Notes: generated by a model from the sequence alone, not told the origin. A DNA stretch of 56,970 nt from an uncultured Lachnospiraceae bacterium (GCA_910578085.1 CAJTPM010000001.1:1-56970), one strand, 5' to 3'; shown: positions 1 through 10,205, counted from the stretch's first letter. Made by a program: numbers and translations.

Positions 1-350
1 AAGAATGAGCTGGTAGCCGGCAGGAATATTTTCCATAGGGCATGACCCTGGTTAGGAGCTGAGCCGGCACCCTGGTTATGGACAGGCGGAACGAAGGAAG
101 TTAGGACCCCAGTAGAGATGCAGGGTGATCCTGGTAGACACGGGAGGTACGCTGCCATAGAAGGATGGGTATACATAAGGCCATGTAGAGCGAAAACAAA
201 GACGTTCTACTTCGTGTACCCTTCACCCTCTATTTTCGTACCAGATACAGAGAAATGTCCATCTCCTTGGCTCATTCATCTGAGATATGTAACTATAAAT
301 TCCTTGATTTTTTAAGGAAAATCACTTGACAATATAGGGAGGAACATACT

Positions 351-1193
351 ATGACATGGACAAGAAAAGAATGTAAAACCCGGGCAAAGGAAGCCCTGCA
401 TCGAAATTACTGGAAGATTGTACTGGTATCCTTTCTGGCGTTAATCATCTGCGGCGGTTCTCCCGGCACAGGCAACCGTGCCGTCGCTACCGCTTCCGGA
501 AGCAACGACATACAGATGGAAGAGGATTCCGGAAGTTATGAATCGGATACCGACGGATCGGACACGGAACTCACTGTTTCCACAGACAGCGAAGTGATCA
601 CACGGGAGTCCGTTCTGGTGCCTGAAAAAGTCCGGATGGTCAACATTACGGTCTTCATCCTGATCGCGATGTTCGCCATCGCTTTTCTCTATCTTCTGCA
701 GGCCCTTCTGGCCAACCCTTTCCGGGTGGGATTCGGCCGCTTTATGATAAAGAGTATCGATGACAAAGCGAACGTGCAGGAGATCGCTTACGGCTTTGAC
801 CATTCCTATAAAAATATCGTAAAGACCATGTTCCACTATGACCTGCGCGTCTTTCTATGGTCCTTACTGTTTATTATTCCCGGCTTTTACAAGGAATACC
901 AGTACCGCCTGGTTCCCTATATTCTGGCAGAGCAGCCGGATATGAACTATAAGGAAGCGCTGCAGAAAAGTGCAGTTCTGATGAACGGTCACAAATGGAA
1001 AGCCTTTGTGCTGGATTTATCCTTTATCCCGTGGCATATATTCGGTCTTATCACCTGCGGTATGGGAACAATATTTTATGTTACCCCTTACCACAGCTTG
1101 ACGCAGGCAGCGCTTTATCGTAAGCTGAGTGGGACGGATACTCCGAGACCGGAAGAGGCGGCATTACTGCTTTCCGACACTTTACAGGTCTGA
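351..1193 (+). CDS. DUF975-family integral membrane protein with acidic Ser/Asp/Thr-rich insert
   Basis: 280-aa ORF with a GGGAGG ribosome-binding site 8 nt upstream. N-terminus MTWTRKECKTRAKEALHRNYWKIVLVSFLALII and several hydrophobic segments are typical of DUF975. The acidic low-complexity insert is DSGSYESDTDGSDTELTVSTDSE. Confidence 0.65.
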   Translation: MTWTRKECKTRAKEALHRNYWKIVLVSFLALIICGGSPGTGNRAVATASGSNDIQMEEDSGSYESDTDGSDTELTVSTDSEVITRESVLVPEKVRMVNITVFILIAMFAIAFLYLLQALLANPFRVGFGRFMIKSIDDKANVQEIAYGFDHSYKNIVKTMFHYDLRVFLWSLLFIIPGFYKEYQYRLVPYILAEQPDMNYKEALQKSAVLMNGHKWKAFVLDLSFIPWHIFGLITCGMGTIFYVTPYHSLTQAALYRKLSGTDTPRPEEAALLLSDTLQV

Positions 1194-1313
1194 CGGACAG
1201 CAGGCTCGCCCACATACACCGCCGGTGTCAAACGGCAGCCGCATACTTCGCGGGCGGTCTTACGCTGATGGCTCTGCCGTGCAGACTCTTATCACAGAAA
1301 ATGGGGATATATT

Positions 1314-2015
1314 ATGGGATATCATATTTTAATAGCGGACGACGAAACCGAGATCAGAGAACTTCTGCGGCTTTATCTGGAAAAAGACGGCTATACCGTA
1401 TGGGAAGCAGCCGATGGTATGGAAGCTCTTGCTGTCCTGAAACAGGAAAAAATTGACCTTGCCATTCTGGATATCATGATGCCTTCTCCGGACGGCTGGC
1501 GCGTCCTGCAGAACATCCGCAAAAACAGCAATATTCCTGTAATCTTACTCTCCGCCAGATCCGGAGATTCGGATAAGATCCTGGGACTGGATCTGGGTGC
1601 AGACGACTACATCACAAAGCCCTTTGTCCCGTTAGAAGCCGTTGCAAGAGTGCATTCCAATCTCCGCCGCTTCTATGAACTGGGCGGCGGAAAAACAGGC
1701 GGCCGGAAAAGCGGCATGCTGGAGACAAAGACACTGCGCCTGGACTTGAAAAGCTGTCTGCTCTACTGTAACGAAGAAAAAATCGTACTGACTTCCGTGG
1801 AATTCCGGATCATGAAACTGTTTATGGAAAATCCGGGCAAAGTATTTACCAAACAGCAGCTCTTCGAACAGGGCTGGGAAGAATCCTACATGCTGTCCGA
1901 CAACAACGTGATGGTGTGTATCTCCAAACTGCGCGCCAAGCTGAACACAGGCGGCAGGGAATACATCCGCACGATACGCGGCCTCGGCTATCGTCTGGAA
2001 GATGAGGAAAACTGA
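1314..2015 (+). CDS. OmpR-family two-component response regulator
   Basis: Receiver motifs ILIADDE...LDIMMP...DDYITKPF and a C-terminal winged HTH (RTIRGLGYRL). Unusual Gly-rich linker insert GGGKTGGRKSGM. Confidence 0.85.
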   Translation: MGYHILIADDETEIRELLRLYLEKDGYTVWEAADGMEALAVLKQEKIDLAILDIMMPSPDGWRVLQNIRKNSNIPVILLSARSGDSDKILGLDLGADDYITKPFVPLEAVARVHSNLRRFYELGGGKTGGRKSGMLETKTLRLDLKSCLLYCNEEKIVLTSVEFRIMKLFMENPGKVFTKQQLFEQGWEESYMLSDNNVMVCISKLRAKLNTGGREYIRTIRGLGYRLEDEEN

Positions 2016-2018
2016 CTT

Positions 2019-3158
2019 ATGCAAAAAAGGAATCTGAAATGGTATTTCATCAAAAACTTTCTGGCTATCCTGTGCTTCATCTATATTGCACAGGGGCTGC
2101 TTGGTATTTTGTACCGCCAGCTGGTTCTTCCGTTTCTGACGGACCTTCTGGATATGCAGCAGATCACTGTTTCCGGCAGCGGCAGCTTTTTTCTTTTCTT
2201 TGTACAGCTTGCCCTTTTTTACCTGGCCTCTCTTCTGCCCGGCAGCGCCGGTGTCTACCTTCAGAGTCTGATTGCGGACCGGACGTCCGGCGGACTGCAG
2301 ATCGAGATATCCTCCCCCCTTTATCAGGGGTGGCAGGGACCGCTTCTCAATCTGGCATCCTTTATTTTTGTTCTGTTTTTGCTGGGATTAAGTCTTATTC
2401 CTTATCTGGCGGGGGCACTCTGGTATTACAGAATTGTGACAGAAAAACTCAATGAACTGCTGGAAGAAGAAAAAGAGCGCCAGCTTGACTTTGATCGAAA
2501 AAGAAGCCTTCTTCTGTCGGATATCGCCCACGATATCAAAACCCCCATCACCACGATCTGCGGTTACAGCAGGGCGCTGTCCGAGGGCGTCGCTCTGGCG
2601 GAAAAAAGAAAGCCTTATCTGGATGCCATCTACGAAAAGGCGCTGCGGATCGATGAATTGATCACGCTATTGTTTGAATATGTAAAACTGGACAGCGAGG
2701 GCTATGCCCTGCACAAAAAAGCCGGGGATCTGGCGGAACTTCTGCGGGAGACCGTAGCCGCTTTTTACACCGATTTTGAGGAAAAACGGATCGCCCTCAC
2801 CATAGACATCCCGGAGACGCCCGTCCCCTTTGAGATGGATTCCCTGCAGATGCGGCGCGCGGTCACTAATCTGCTCACCAACGCGCTGCGCTACGGAAAA
2901 GAAAGCGGAAATGTGCTCGTGCGTCTGAAAAACCATACGATCACCGTCGCTGATGACGGCCTGCCCATCGATCCCGATTTCGCGAAGCGCATCTTTGAGC
3001 CCTTCTCCAGAGAAGATCAGACGCGCGCCACAAAGGAAGGAAACGGCCTGGGACTCAGCATCAGCGCAAAGATCGTGCAGATGCATGGGGGGGTTTTGTC
3101 TTTAAACAGTGCTTTCGGAGAGGGGTATACGAAAGCGTTTCAGATAAAGATGCAGTGA
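2019..3158 (+). CDS. Sensor histidine kinase (HisKA + HATPase_c)
   Basis: N-terminal TM segments. H-box SDIAHDIKTPITTI. N/G boxes LLTNALRYG and GNGLGLSI. Starts 4 nt after the RR stop, indicating an operon. Confidence 0.85.
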   Translation: MQKRNLKWYFIKNFLAILCFIYIAQGLLGILYRQLVLPFLTDLLDMQQITVSGSGSFFLFFVQLALFYLASLLPGSAGVYLQSLIADRTSGGLQIEISSPLYQGWQGPLLNLASFIFVLFLLGLSLIPYLAGALWYYRIVTEKLNELLEEEKERQLDFDRKRSLLLSDIAHDIKTPITTICGYSRALSEGVALAEKRKPYLDAIYEKALRIDELITLLFEYVKLDSEGYALHKKAGDLAELLRETVAAFYTDFEEKRIALTIDIPETPVPFEMDSLQMRRAVTNLLTNALRYGKESGNVLVRLKNHTITVADDGLPIDPDFAKRIFEPFSREDQTRATKEGNGLGLSISAKIVQMHGGVLSLNSAFGEGYTKAFQIKMQ

Positions 3159-3331
3159 CTTAAAATTTTCATCAATACGGCAGCTTTTTTTGTCAGGTAA
3201 TTTATTCAGCAAGAACTGCTGTCTGGCTAAGCTATTGTCACTGTGCTGTCGTAATTCACTTTTTTCTTGCATATCTATGAAAAATGGAGTTTAATATTAG
3301 TGACATTACTTATAATAAGAAAGGACACATT

Positions 3332-4342
3332 ATGAACAAGACTACCATACCGGAAAACTATCAATCCACCTTAAATCTTCACGATACACAGGTAGCGATC
3401 AAACTTGTTAAAGACTGCTTTCAAAATCTTTTAACCGAAAGGCTTCACCTGCAGAGGGTGTCAGCCCCCCTGTTTGTCACGCCGGAATCCGGTCTGAACG
3501 ATAACTTAAACGGTGTAGAACGCCCCGTCGATTTCACAGTAAAAGAACAGAACGAGAGAAAAGCCGAGGTGGTGCAGTCTCTCGCCAAGTGGAAACGTTA
3601 TGCGCTGAAAAAATACGGCTTTCATTACGGGGAAGGTCTCTACACGGATATGAATGCTATCCGCCGGGATGAGTACACTGACAATATCCACTCCATCTTT
3701 GTGGACCAGTGGGACTGGGAGCGGATCATTGCACAGGATGAGCGCAACCTGGACACCCTGAAAACTGTGGTGCGAGACGTTTACCGCGTGCTCTGCAAGA
3801 CAGAAAAATATATGGCGATCCAGTACGACTACATCACCGAGATTCTGCCAAAGGATATTTTCTTTATTACGACCCAGGAGCTGGAGGATTTGTATCCCGA
3901 TGCCACGCCTAAGCAGCGTGAATACAATATCACAAAGGAAAAAGGCGCTGTCTGCCTGATGCAGATCGGCGATAAACTGGCCTCCGGGGAACGCCACGAC
4001 GGCAGAGCGCCGGACTATGACGACTGGGCATTAAATGCCGACATTATCGTTTACTACCCGGTTTTGGACATCGCCTTAGAGTTATCCTCCATGGGCATCC
4101 GGGTAGATGAGAATTCCCTGAAAGAGCAGTTGAAAAAGGCCGGCTGCGAGGACCGCGCCGAACTCCCCTTCCAGAAAGCCATTCTGGAAAAAGAACTTCC
4201 TTATACCATAGGCGGCGGTATCGGCCAGTCCAGGATCTCTATGTTTTTCCTGCGCAAAGCCCATATCGGGGAAGTGCAGAGTTCCATCTGGCCTGAGGAG
4301 ACGGTGAGGCTGATGGAAGAACGTGAGATAAAGCTTTTATAA
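3332..4342 (+). CDS. asnA: Aspartate--ammonia ligase
   Basis: Class II aaRS-like AsnA signature (MNKTTIPENYQSTLNLHDTQVAIKLVKDCF...SAPLFV...GGGIGQSR). ATG at 3332 preferred over upstream ORF start because AAAGGA ribosome-binding site precedes it. Confidence 0.8.
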   Translation: MNKTTIPENYQSTLNLHDTQVAIKLVKDCFQNLLTERLHLQRVSAPLFVTPESGLNDNLNGVERPVDFTVKEQNERKAEVVQSLAKWKRYALKKYGFHYGEGLYTDMNAIRRDEYTDNIHSIFVDQWDWERIIAQDERNLDTLKTVVRDVYRVLCKTEKYMAIQYDYITEILPKDIFFITTQELEDLYPDATPKQREYNITKEKGAVCLMQIGDKLASGERHDGRAPDYDDWALNADIIVYYPVLDIALELSSMGIRVDENSLKEQLKKAGCEDRAELPFQKAILEKELPYTIGGGIGQSRISMFFLRKAHIGEVQSSIWPEETVRLMEEREIKLL

Positions 4343-4373
4343 CATATTAAATATTATTGTAATCTCCCAGCGC

Positions 4374-4447
4374 ACACGGGCAGTGGAATAACCTTCTCCA
4401 CTGCCCGTGTATTGGAAAACCGGGCTTTTCGATTCCCCGGTTTTTAT
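4374..4447 (+). terminator. Two tandem rho-independent terminator hairpins after asnA
   Basis: First hairpin is a 14-bp stem acacgggcagtgga/tccactgcccgtgt at 4374-4410. Second is aaccggg-loop-cccggtt followed by TTTTT at 4418-4447. Confidence 0.7.
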
Positions 4448-4631
4448 AAACCAGACCGCAGTCAAGCAGCCATTACAGTGCCAGTTCAAACTCTTTTGCT
4501 CTGGCCCCTCCCGCAACATACCATAAATAAACTTCCTGTTTTCTTTAGCCAGCTGCATCGGAATGGAATCCCAAACCATCTGAATACGCGGCACTCTAAT
4601 AATCATTGCTGTCAAGAAGAGCAACCACTAA

Positions 4632-4739
4632 CAGGGAATCAGCGGCAACCTGAACCAGATAGCAAAGCGAATGAATGCCACAGGAAACGTTTTTAAAGCC
4701 GATGTAGAGGAAGTGAAAAAGCTGATGAAACAGGTGTGA
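4632..4739 (+). pseudogene. Remnant of MobC-like relaxosome/mobilisation protein gene
   Basis: Short frame translates to QGISGNLNQIAKRMNATGNVFKADVEEVKKLMKQV. The NLNQIA+(R/K)xN...EEV pattern matches the MobC family hallmark. No start codon and an upstream stop, so it is a truncated fragment. Confidence 0.5.
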
Positions 4740-4890
4740 GATACACAATTAGCCATGCTGAAAAAACAGCCCTCCTTGAAACAGTAAATTGTTTCTAAAT
4801 TCCTGCCGAAACTAAAACAGCAACAGCCCAATTTCTCCCGCAAACAGGGCAACGTATCTATTCCGTTTTTTCATAATATTTCATCGCATT

Positions 4891-7128
4891 TTACATCATT
4901 GTATCATCCCGCAAAACCTCAGCTAAGTCGATTTTACGTATATTACGCCAACCAAGATAATACGCAAATGCCACACTCCCCCAGATAGCCAGCATAAAAA
5001 TCATAATCGGAATGAGCGGCGCTTCGGCAAGAAATGTCCCCACTTCAACATAGCTTAGCTTCAGCATATACCCCACTGTAATAACCGCAAACGGAAGGGT
5101 GATTAAAATCGGACGCCCTGCAATGGTAAGCGCCTCCACGCAGAACATTTTTTTGATTTCACCCTGTGTCATTCCAACAGACATATACCTTGCAAATTCC
5201 CTTTTTCTCTGACGGACAAAGCCAAGCGTATTGGAAAACACATTTCCAATGCCAATCACCGCAAGCAGGACACAGAAACCACCAAAGATTGTCATCATTC
5301 CCTGTATCTGTTTATCGTTCGCTTCCGCTTCCTGAATACGGTTCTCACTTTCTGTCTTATAGTTTCCCGCAATAAGGCTGTCTACCTGCCCCTGTAAAGC
5401 ATCCAATTCCCCTGCTGTCACATTTTCCCTGCCAAGCATACAGATATAGGCATCCTCCTCGCTGCCTCCAATCTGCCCCTTGATCTCTTTCCACAAAGAT
5501 ACGGGAATAAAATGCACCAGTTCATAATAATCAAGCGTCGCGTACTCCTCTCTTAAAACAGGCACTTTCTCCGTATAGGACAAAACCGGGATCTCCACGG
5601 AAACATCTGTTAAGTTTCCGTTGTCATTCTCTTCCTTGCCGGATTGTCTTAAAATACTTACTGCATTTTCCCCTTTCACATAGGGCATATATCGTGGATG
5701 CCTGAAATCCGGATTTGTAACATCACGTATCTGATTCCATATAACTGCCCCATTAAGCTGCGGTGCGATGCCAATCTGTTCACAGTACGCTAAAAAACTC
5801 GCATCATCCAGTATGACAATGGGAACATTTACAAGCCATCCCCCATCCGTCTTCCTCACATAACTATCCCCGGCTACAGCAAAACCGCCGAAGGACTTCA
5901 TTTCTTCGCTTATTTCATCCTCTGCAATGATTCTTTTTGCCATTGCTTTCTGATATACAATGACACTTCTTATTCCGGAAATCTCCTGCAATTTTTGTGC
6001 CTCACCAAAAGAATCCACATCCGTATCCTTTACTGTAACCATAATGTCCCAAACACTCTGATAACGTTCAAAATAAGTTTCCCTTGTACTGATTCCTGAA
6101 AGTGCAAAAAAGGACTGCATAATAGTAAAGGCAAGAAAAGAGAATATCAGACTGAGCGATGCTGTCCGTAAGGCTCTTTTCTGTGCTTTCAATGCTCCAC
6201 CTGCCAATTCTCCTTCCAATCCAAAAAGGCAGGTAAGCAGCGGAGATTTTTTCTTACGCTTTAACTGTAATTCATCTGTATTTTTAATGGCTTCCAGCGG
6301 CGTCAGCCTGCTTAATTTTCTGGCCGGCATCCATGCGGAAATCCATATGGTCGCCACCGTCAAAAGAAGTGCCGCCACTAAGACTAACGGATGATAGCCA
6401 AAGACTGATTCATGCCTGCCCGGCACATCACTCCCCAGCAAATCATTCGCCATATGTATCAGTCCCATACTGATTAGAATGCCGAGCAGATTCCCAATTA
6501 AGATCGGCAGAATACATAATGCAGCCGCTTCCTGCAAAAGACATGAGCGTATCTGTTTGGGCGTGGCTCCAATGCTGGAAAAAATACCAAACTGATGGAT
6601 TCTGGCATTCATAGACACTGCAAAAGAATTATGTATTACTATAATCAATGAAAAAGAGGCAACTCCGACTATCAGAATAAACATCGGAAAAACCAGTCTC
6701 GGCGCAGTGTCCTGCGAATCACGTATCATATACATCGCCAGAAGTTCATAGTTATAAATAACCTTTTCTGCTGAAACTCCCAAAGTTTCAGCAATCCGTA
6801 ACGTATTGTCAAGGACAGACCCCATGCTGTCAAAATAAATATCTATCACGGTTTCCGGAATCTGCGCTCCCTTTTCATTTACAACTACATCTTTTACATG
6901 AGCAAAATTCTTTATAGATTCAATATCTTCCTGGGTAAATTCCCCGACAATTCTGCTCTGCCAGCCGCCTTCTTCCAGTTCAATTCTTTCAATTTCGTAC
7001 TTCCATGCGTTATAAAATGACCCTAGGAGCAGTGATAACAGCAGAGCTGATATAAATGCCGCTATCATAACAGACATGCCAGATGAACGGTTATTTTTAA
7101 TATAGCCTGATGAATAATCTTTCCACAT
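4891..7128 (-). CDS. FtsX-family ABC transporter permease (BceB/MacB-like)
   Basis: 745 aa with multiple TM helices at both ends and a large central hydrophilic domain. Immediately downstream of the ATPase gene. Confidence 0.8.
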   Translation of the reverse strand: MWKDYSSGYIKNNRSSGMSVMIAAFISALLLSLLLGSFYNAWKYEIERIELEEGGWQSRIVGEFTQEDIESIKNFAHVKDVVVNEKGAQIPETVIDIYFDSMGSVLDNTLRIAETLGVSAEKVIYNYELLAMYMIRDSQDTAPRLVFPMFILIVGVASFSLIIVIHNSFAVSMNARIHQFGIFSSIGATPKQIRSCLLQEAAALCILPILIGNLLGILISMGLIHMANDLLGSDVPGRHESVFGYHPLVLVAALLLTVATIWISAWMPARKLSRLTPLEAIKNTDELQLKRKKKSPLLTCLFGLEGELAGGALKAQKRALRTASLSLIFSFLAFTIMQSFFALSGISTRETYFERYQSVWDIMVTVKDTDVDSFGEAQKLQEISGIRSVIVYQKAMAKRIIAEDEISEEMKSFGGFAVAGDSYVRKTDGGWLVNVPIVILDDASFLAYCEQIGIAPQLNGAVIWNQIRDVTNPDFRHPRYMPYVKGENAVSILRQSGKEENDNGNLTDVSVEIPVLSYTEKVPVLREEYATLDYYELVHFIPVSLWKEIKGQIGGSEEDAYICMLGRENVTAGELDALQGQVDSLIAGNYKTESENRIQEAEANDKQIQGMMTIFGGFCVLLAVIGIGNVFSNTLGFVRQRKREFARYMSVGMTQGEIKKMFCVEALTIAGRPILITLPFAVITVGYMLKLSYVEVGTFLAEAPLIPIMIFMLAIWGSVAFAYYLGWRNIRKIDLAEVLRDDTMM

Positions 7129-7134
7129 AGCTCA

Positions 7135-7815
7135 TTACCTCCGCTTCTCATCGCTTATAATATGCCCGTCCTCTATGGTTATGATACGGTCTGCTTCTAA
7201 AGCCACCTTCTCATCATGGGTAATCAGCACAATCGTCTGTTCCAGATTACGATTCGATAATTTCAGCATATCAATAATTTCTTTGGAATTTTTCTGATCC
7301 AGATTTCCAGTCAGCTCATCCGCCAAAAGCAGAGCCGGGCGGTAAATCAATGAACGCGCTATGGCAACCCTTTGCTGCTGCCCGCCTGATAACTGGTTTG
7401 GCAGAGCTTCAAGCCGTTCATCAATTCCAAGCGAACGGACGATCTTTTCAAAATACTCTTTATTTGGTTTCTTCTTATCAAGGGCAAGCGGCATAAGAAT
7501 ATTTTTTTGCACGGTAAGTGTCGGAATCAGATTATAGAACTGATACACCAAACCCACTTTTCTTCTGCGGAAAATCGCTGCCTGTGTCTGATTCAGTTTT
7601 GACAAATCCGTTCCGTCTATTGTAACTTTTCCGCTTGTAGGTTTATCCACGCTTCCCAGAATATGTAACAATGTGGATTTACCCGAACCGGACGCTCCGA
7701 TAACCGCCACAAATTCTCCCTTGCCTACCGTCAGATCAATTCCATCCAGTGCAGTCACCTGATTATTGCCGGAGCCATACATTTTGCAGACTCCCTCGCA
7801 TGTTAAGATATTCAT
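7135..7815 (-). CDS. ABC transporter ATP-binding protein (BceA/MacB-type)
   Basis: Walker A GASGSGKST, Q-loop, signature LSGGQQQRVAIARSL, Walker B LLLADE. Confidence 0.9.
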   Translation of the reverse strand: MNILTCEGVCKMYGSGNNQVTALDGIDLTVGKGEFVAVIGASGSGKSTLLHILGSVDKPTSGKVTIDGTDLSKLNQTQAAIFRRRKVGLVYQFYNLIPTLTVQKNILMPLALDKKKPNKEYFEKIVRSLGIDERLEALPNQLSGGQQQRVAIARSLIYRPALLLADELTGNLDQKNSKEIIDMLKLSNRNLEQTIVLITHDEKVALEADRIITIEDGHIISDEKRR

Positions 7816-7872
7816 TTTTGTTTCCTCCTTTGGATGTTTTGAATTTCTACACTTGCAGCAAAGCTGCCCGTC

Positions 7873-7914
7873 AGCTTGTAAACTTTGTTCCTGCAGGCAA
7901 ACTGTTTACAAGCT
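7873..7914. promoter_or_regulatory. 42-bp imperfect palindrome upstream of the ABC operon (candidate RR operator or terminator)
   Basis: agcttgtaaac...cctgcagg...gtttacaagct, with 11-bp perfect arms. Lies between the HK stop and the ATPase start. Confidence 0.5.
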
Positions 7915-7931
7915 ATATTGTACCAAATGAA

Positions 7932-7949
7932 AGTTACAACTTAGTAACT
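7932..7949. promoter_or_regulatory. Box agTTACAAcTTAGTAACt, repeated upstream of the RR gene at 9914-9934
   Basis: Near-identical 16-18-mer with GTTAC/GTAAC half-sites occurs 5' of both operons of the module. Candidate autoregulatory RR binding site. Confidence 0.5.
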
Positions 7950-7984
7950 GCAACAGAATTGATATTAAATTTATTGCTTTGATT

Positions 7985-9202
7985 TTATTGTTTATAAAAC
8001 CGGATTTCAAAACATGCACCGCCATCGGGCAGATTTTTAGCCCTTATTGTCCCATTTTGATGTTCTATAATCTCTTTTGACAATGCTAAGCCTATCCCAA
8101 TGCCGCTTCCACGGATATTACCGCAAGAATCTGTATTCTTTCCGCGATAAAACCGTTTAAAAAGATGCGGAATATCTTCTTTGGCAAATCCGTCCCCTTC
8201 ATCCCAGATAAATATTTCTGTATATAGCGGATTCTGCCCATAAGAGCAATGGACTGCTCCACCCGCATTATGCTCCATACAGTTTTTCATTACATTTATA
8301 ACTGCTTCCATAGTCCAGTTTAAATCTGCTGTCACTGCCATCTCCCCTGATTCCGGAATATCAATAAAAGTGCCGGAATCTGCAAATAATTCCTGCAAAT
8401 TGTCTGCCGCAAGGACAAGCAAAGTAAAAACATCCACATCTTCTTTTTGAAACATCAATGCGCCTGCATCAAGACGGGATAAAACAAGCAGGGATTCTTC
8501 TAAATGAATCAGTCTGTTTAACTGTTTCTTTATCTGTTCCATCCTGTCTTTTTCATATTCTTTTTTCATCGGCATTTCAGATAATGTCTGCAATGATAAA
8601 GAAATGGCGGTAATAGGAGTTTTTATCTGATGTGCAATATTGGATAGATTCTCGGCAAAATCATTTTTGGCCTGTACCGCCGCATCCTTTGTCTGATAAA
8701 GAAATGTCACAGTCTTATATATTTCATCTTCCAGCTTGGAAAAAAGATCTTCTCCTGAAACAGAGAGGACAACCGCTTTTCCCATATTAACCTGCTCCAG
8801 ATAATCTGACAGCTCCTCTATTCGTTTTGCTTCTGTTTTGTTACGGAATGCATAAGTAACCACAAAGAGAACGACTCCTGCTAAAAACCCTGTTACTGCA
8901 AATATAATATCATATGTAACAGAAGAATCAGAAAAATCAGATATATCATATCCCAAAACGGACAATACATCCCCCACTGCCACACCATCGGCATTTCCAC
9001 CTGTATATTCTTTCAATGCAGCAGAAACGATATGCTTCATTTCCGGCTCTTGTTCCAGCACTTCGCCACAGATCACATTTACCAAATCAAATTGAAGCCT
9101 GCCGTAATGGCAGGAAAGCAGCATTGCCGTAACAGCAGAAGAAATCAGGCTGACAGCTGCCACAAATCCAAAGAGAACCACTAAATTTTTTCGCCCGCTC
9201 AT
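7985..9202 (-). CDS. Sensor histidine kinase
   Basis: Two TM segments flanking a ~60-aa extracytoplasmic loop. H-box IAHQIKTPITAISL. HATPase motifs NVMKNCMEH and GSGIGIGLALS. Confidence 0.85.
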   Translation of the reverse strand: MSGRKNLVVLFGFVAAVSLISSAVTAMLLSCHYGRLQFDLVNVICGEVLEQEPEMKHIVSAALKEYTGGNADGVAVGDVLSVLGYDISDFSDSSVTYDIIFAVTGFLAGVVLFVVTYAFRNKTEAKRIEELSDYLEQVNMGKAVVLSVSGEDLFSKLEDEIYKTVTFLYQTKDAAVQAKNDFAENLSNIAHQIKTPITAISLSLQTLSEMPMKKEYEKDRMEQIKKQLNRLIHLEESLLVLSRLDAGALMFQKEDVDVFTLLVLAADNLQELFADSGTFIDIPESGEMAVTADLNWTMEAVINVMKNCMEHNAGGAVHCSYGQNPLYTEIFIWDEGDGFAKEDIPHLFKRFYRGKNTDSCGNIRGSGIGIGLALSKEIIEHQNGTIRAKNLPDGGACFEIRFYKQ

Positions 9203-9870
9203 ATGGTATCCTCCATACGGTATCCCACACTTCTAATTGTTTTCAGACAGGACGGTTGGTGCAGTTTGTCCCGCAGCCGTTTCATAGTAACTGTCAATGT
9301 ATGATCATTCACGTAGTTTCCATTTACATCCCATACCTGTTCTAAGATTTTTTCCCTGGTAACAGTCTTTCCTTTATTCTGCAGGAGATACAAAAGCAGC
9401 CCATACTCTGATACGCTTAAATCTATTTCTTCCGTGCCACAAGTAACTGTCCTGCGGTTTAAATCTATCCTGATCCCATCACAGGACAGGTACTGCACCG
9501 CCACATTGCCCGTTCTCCGAAGTACCGCCTGAATCCTTGAATACAATACGCTTAATTCAAAAGGCTTTACTACATAATCATCCGCACCATTTTGAAAACC
9601 TGAAACAATATCCTGGGAATCATCCCGGACCGTAAGGAAAATAATCGGCAGTTCCTTCCATCTGCCGCGTATCCATTGACAAAGACTATCCCCACGGCCA
9701 TCCGGCATATTCCAATCCAACAAAATAATCGTTGGCACATGAATTTCCAAAGCTCGTCTGACCTCTGAAATCGTATGATATATCACTACCTTAAAGTTTT
9801 TCTGTTCCAGATATTTTTTTACAACATCTGCAATATGAGCGTCATCCTCAGCATAAAACAATTCGACCAT
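9199..9870 (-). CDS. OmpR-family response regulator
   Basis: Receiver (ILLDWNMPDG...DDYVVKPF) plus winged-helix output domain (IRSVGYRM). Overlaps the HK start by 4 nt. Confidence 0.9.
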   Translation of the reverse strand: MVELFYAEDDAHIADVVKKYLEQKNFKVVIYHTISEVRRALEIHVPTIILLDWNMPDGRGDSLCQWIRGRWKELPIIFLTVRDDSQDIVSGFQNGADDYVVKPFELSVLYSRIQAVLRRTGNVAVQYLSCDGIRIDLNRRTVTCGTEEIDLSVSEYGLLLYLLQNKGKTVTREKILEQVWDVNGNYVNDHTLTVTMKRLRDKLHQPSCLKTIRSVGYRMEDTI

Positions 9871-9913
9871 TTTGGGTAACCACCTGTTTTTTATTTTTAT
9901 TATACCAGAAAAA

Positions 9914-9934
9914 CATTACAATTTAGTTACTCAC
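9914..9934. promoter_or_regulatory. Second copy of the TTACAAtTTAGTtAC box, 45-65 bp upstream of the RR start
   Basis: cattacaatttagttactcac matches the box at 7932-7949. Confidence 0.45.
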
Positions 9935-10171
9935 TCCCCATACAATAAAAGCTCTTTTACCGCATCATGGAATCCCGTTCCATTCTTTATGCTTTTATAT
10001 CCCGGAAAACTAATCCAATTTGTCAGAAAGGCTCTGCATTACATAAGTTGTGGATGCCTACAGCCGCATAGATAATGATTCACGTTACAAAATGCTGCCA
10101 ATCACGATAAAGAGCTTAAACAACAGAGAATTTTCCATAGATACAGAAAATTACTTTTAGAGTTACAGAAA

Positions 10172-10205
10172 GTGAGCCACACTTTCATTTTGTGGTGTGG
10201 CTCAC
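10172..10205 (-). terminator. Hairpin downstream of deoB
   Basis: 11-bp perfect stem gtgagccacac/gtgtggctcac. The flanking U-tract is weak. Confidence 0.4.

Noticed and set aside
1-300. T-box or M-box riboswitch at window start
   Set aside because: Partial matches (tacgctgc; gggtgatcctggt) are not in the correct spacing or context for either consensus.
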